60,349 nucleotides of DNA from Acidimicrobiales bacterium. Its GTDB lineage: Bacteria > Actinomycetota > Acidimicrobiia > Acidimicrobiales > SZUA-35. Both the position numbers and the translations under genes were made by a program. The notes under the pieces were generated by a model. That model saw nothing but the letters and a program-made list of their open reading frames with translations, ran no database searches and had not been told where the DNA came from. Position 1 is the first letter of the stretch. Every line of letters begins with the position of its first letter. The stretch spans positions 37,895 to 98,243 of the forward strand of contig JAHDCV010000002.1 in assembly GCA_020629695.1 (NCBI GenBank). The letters run 5' to 3'. Of the stretch, positions 57,847 to 60,349 are shown piece by piece.

Positions 57847-58519
57847 CCGTTTCTGTTGTGTCGAGATCTGGGGTCGCGTCCGCGCCGAAGAGATCGGCGT
57901 CCGGGGACACGAGGTAGACGCCACGGTCGGCGTCGTGGGAGAGGAGGCGGACGATCGCACCGGGGCCGATGCCGCTGAGGTCCGTGCCGTCGAGGGGTCG
58001 GATGTCGATCCGGGACCGGGACCCGTCGGGCCAGTCCGCGTCGGCGTAGCCGAAGTCGGCGTCGACACGACCGGAACGCACGACGGCCTCGCGACCGACG
58101 AGTTCAGCCGCCCGTGGGGCACGCGCCGTCTGCATGAGCCCGGCGAGGGGCCGACTCACCCGGACACCGAGCACCAGCCCGACGGCGAAGGCGACGACCA
58201 GCAACACGACGGCGGCGGCGATGGCCGCACCGCCACCGAGCGGATCGACGACGAGCATCACCCCGACGATGGCGACGAACCATCCGACCAGGCTCACGGC
58301 GGTGAGGAGGAACAGCGGTGGCACACCGGCCACCCCAGCTGACTCGAGCAGTCCTCCGGCCGCGCCGTCCGCACCGTCGACGTCCAGGTCCAGGTCGACA
58401 TCGAGATCGAGATCGACGAAGCCGATCAGACTGATCATCCAGAACACGAGGCAGACGGCGAGCGGGACGAAGAAGACCAGCACGACGGGATGGATGAAGG
58501 CGTTCCAGAACTCGGACAT
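57836..58519 (-). CDS. NfeD/YqiJ-like membrane protein (partner of flotillin)
   Basis: TM helices plus an acidic DLDLDVDLDLDVDG segment and a C-terminal OB-like region (GREAVVRSGRVDADFGYAD..GSRSRIDIRPL). Overlaps the flotillin start by about 11 nt. Confidence 0.6.
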   Translation of the reverse strand: MSEFWNAFIHPVVLVFFVPLAVCLVFWMISLIGFVDLDLDVDLDLDVDGADGAAGGLLESAGVAGVPPLFLLTAVSLVGWFVAIVGVMLVVDPLGGGAAIAAAVVLLVVAFAVGLVLGVRVSRPLAGLMQTARAPRAAELVGREAVVRSGRVDADFGYADADWPDGSRSRIDIRPLDGTDLSGIGPGAIVRLLSHDADRGVYLVSPDADLFGADATPDLDTTETDGI

Positions 58520-58634
58520 CCGTGGGCGATCGCTCCTGACGTGGACAGTTGGGATGCCAACGACTCGATCGTTCGTCTGGTTCCACCCCTGACGGAGAAA
58601 GTGTCCCAGTTTCCGGGGGCCAGCCCGCGGACGC

Positions 58635-59099
58635 TCAGCCCTTGGGCGCCGACACCTTGTAGACGCAACTGCCGGCCGTGACGAGCGTGCCCCGGTCGTC
58701 GACCACCTCGGCCCGACAGAACACGACGCTGCGGCCACGACGGGTCACCCAGCCCTCGGCCATGAGCGTCGACGCGTCACGGTGAGCGGCTGCCTGGAAC
58801 TCGACGGTCATCGAGATCGTGGAGAAGCGGTGCTCGGCCGACAGGACCGAGCCGACCGCCGGCACGACCACCGTGTCGATCATGGTCGCCAGAACACCGC
58901 CGTGCACGATGCCCGCGGGCTGGAGATGGTGCGGCTGCACGTCGAGCTCCAGCCGACCGTAGTCCTCACGCACCTCGGCCAACCGCAGCCCGATGAGGGT
59001 CGGGAAGTAGACCGTGTCCCACCCGAGGAAGCCCTGCCAGGCGGTCGCCGCCTTCCCGGTGAGCGGCGCGAATCGGTCGGCGTGGCGAGGCTCGATCAT
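58635..59099 (-). CDS. PaaI/4HBT-family hotdog thioesterase
   Basis: GIVHGGVLATMIDT catalytic region. 154 aa. The upstream part of the 539-aa ORF lies antisense to purK and is judged spurious. Confidence 0.7.
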   Translation of the reverse strand: MIEPRHADRFAPLTGKAATAWQGFLGWDTVYFPTLIGLRLAEVREDYGRLELDVQPHHLQPAGIVHGGVLATMIDTVVVPAVGSVLSAEHRFSTISMTVEFQAAAHRDASTLMAEGWVTRRGRSVVFCRAEVVDDRGTLVTAGSCVYKVSAPKG

Positions 59100-59207
59100 C
59101 GTCGCACGATGGCAGCCCATCGGCGTCGAAGCGAGCCGGTCGGTCCGGAGGCGGTCGAAACACGCTCGCTGCACGCCCTCGGCAGTAGCGTCACCATCGT
59201 GTCCGAG

Positions 59208-60344
59208 ATGCCCACACTGAGCCCCCTCGGAATCGTCGGCGTGGGCCAGATCGCCAGGATGACGCAACAGGCCGCGCTGAAGCTCGGCATCCAGCCGCGC
59301 CTGCTCGTGGAGGGTCTCGACGACTCGGCGGCACAGGCCGCGGCCGACCGTGTGATCGCCCACCCCGACGCCGTGGCCGGCCTCGTCGAGGAGTGTGGGG
59401 TCGTGACGGTCGAGCACGAGCGGGTCGACATCGGCCTGTTGCAAGCACTCGAGGACGCCGGGCACTGCATCCGCCCCGGCATCAAGACGATCCGCGCCGC
59501 GTTCGACAAGATCCACCAGCGCCGCATCCTCCTCAATCGGTCGTTGCCGGTCCCGGTGTTCGCCGAATTGAACTCGGCCGACGACCTCATCGACTTCGCC
59601 ACCGTCTTCGGGTGGCCCGTCGTGATCAAGTCGGTCCGGGCCGGCGCGGCCGCCGACCGCAACGTCTGGATCGTCGAGTCGCGGGCCGAGGGCCTGCGGG
59701 TCATGTCGGAGCAGGCGGGCCGACCGCTGATGGCGGAGAACTTCCAGCCGATCGTGACCGAGCTCGTCGTGATCCTCGCCCGCCGTCCCGGCGGCAACAT
59801 CCGCGTCTACCCCGTCGTCGAGTCGATCCAGAAGGACGGCCAGCGCCACGTGATGCGCTCGCCGGCCTCGGTCGGGCGGGAGATCGCCAACGAGGCGCGG
59901 GCCATGGCCTCGTCCATCGCCGAACATCTCGACGCCGTCGGCGTCCTCGCGGTCGAGTTCTTCCTGACCAACGACGGCTTGATCGTCAACGAGATCGCCG
60001 CCCGCCCCCACAACGCCGGCCACATGTTCATCGAGGGCAGCCCGACCTCGCAGTTCGAGAACCACGTGCGTGCCGTGCTCGACCTCCCGCTCGGCCCGAC
60101 CTGGGCGACCCACTCGGCGATCGTCACCCGCAACGTGATCGGCGGCATCGATCGTGTGGACCCGGCTCAGAACCTCGCCGACGCCCTCGCCGTCGAGGGT
60201 GTCTCGGTGCACCTCTACGGCAAGATGGCCGCGCCGGGCCGGAAGCTCGGCCACGTCACGGCGGTGGGCGACGACCTCGATCAGGTCGACGAGATGGCGA
60301 TGCGGGCCGAGGCGGCCCTGCTCGGCCGACGCCCCAGCTGGTAG
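59208..60344 (+). CDS. purK: N5-carboxyaminoimidazole ribonucleotide synthase
   Basis: ATP-grasp fold: IGVVGVGQIARM, VVIKSVRAG, ENHVRAVLDLPLG, GRKLGHVT. Confidence 0.85.
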   Translation: MPTLSPLGIVGVGQIARMTQQAALKLGIQPRLLVEGLDDSAAQAAADRVIAHPDAVAGLVEECGVVTVEHERVDIGLLQALEDAGHCIRPGIKTIRAAFDKIHQRRILLNRSLPVPVFAELNSADDLIDFATVFGWPVVIKSVRAGAAADRNVWIVESRAEGLRVMSEQAGRPLMAENFQPIVTELVVILARRPGGNIRVYPVVESIQKDGQRHVMRSPASVGREIANEARAMASSIAEHLDAVGVLAVEFFLTNDGLIVNEIAARPHNAGHMFIEGSPTSQFENHVRAVLDLPLGPTWATHSAIVTRNVIGGIDRVDPAQNLADALAVEGVSVHLYGKMAAPGRKLGHVTAVGDDLDQVDEMAMRAEAALLGRRPSW

Positions 60345-60349
60345 CGCTC

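Noticed and set aside
55507-57978. 823-aa plus-strand ORF
   Set aside because: It lies antisense to the flotillin gene. Its repetitive Ala/Leu/Gly content mirrors the flotillin EA-repeat on the other strand.
1-60349. CRISPR arrays, rRNA or tRNA genes, IS elements or transposases
   Set aside because: No regularly spaced repeats with unique spacers, no rRNA or tRNA-like conserved stretches, and no transposase or integrase ORFs were seen. The tandem repeats present are all coding or short promoter-region repeats.

Overview
This is a 60.3 kb stretch of high-GC (about 70%) actinobacterial chromosome. Genes for mycothiol metabolism (mca), F420 metabolism (cofC/fbiD and two LLM-class oxidoreductases), the ImuA'/ImuB/DnaE2 mutasome and GAAC-N4-GTTC LexA (Cheo) boxes point to the Actinomycetia. 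Roughly 60 genes can be supported; most are housekeeping or metabolic.

Housekeeping and metabolic genes: a fatty-acid/steroid-type beta-oxidation set (two enoyl-CoA hydratases, an MFE-2-like SDR, a thiolase, an SCP2 protein), typA/bipA, gpsA, bioB, purK, rnhB, a PAS-GGDEF diguanylate cyclase, a Zn-ADH, a CoA-transferase/ATP-grasp/NUDIX trio and several lipoproteins.

Three regions stand out:
1. A tightly coupled three-gene operon (50978-58519, minus strand): NfeD/YqiJ-like membrane protein, flotillin (SPFH), and a 1610-aa protein whose C-terminal ~450 aa is an AAA_5/MoxR-type ATPase and whose ~1100-aa N-terminal region is unrecognisable. This is the best candidate for an undescribed system.
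2. The SOS mutasome is organised unusually: imuA' - MFS transporter - imuB. Separate Cheo boxes sit in front of imuA' and imuB (the imuB box lies inside the last codons of the MFS gene). dnaE2 is 4 kb away with a third box, and an AbiEi/DUF559 gene sits next to it.
3. A small HExxH membrane protein followed by an 802-aa HerA-like (DUF853) ATPase with a long coiled-coil tail.

Also notable: a second NfeD+stomatin (SPFH) pair, a split MgtE-like transporter with a separate PhoU/TrkA-C regulator, and a LAXTG (sortase-E type) cell-wall protein with thrombospondin-type-3 Ca-binding repeats.

No CRISPR array, rRNA or tRNA was seen. Many long opposite-strand ORFs in the track are GC-driven artefacts. 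Coordinates of starts are from ORF-track frame arithmetic and may be off by a few nt.
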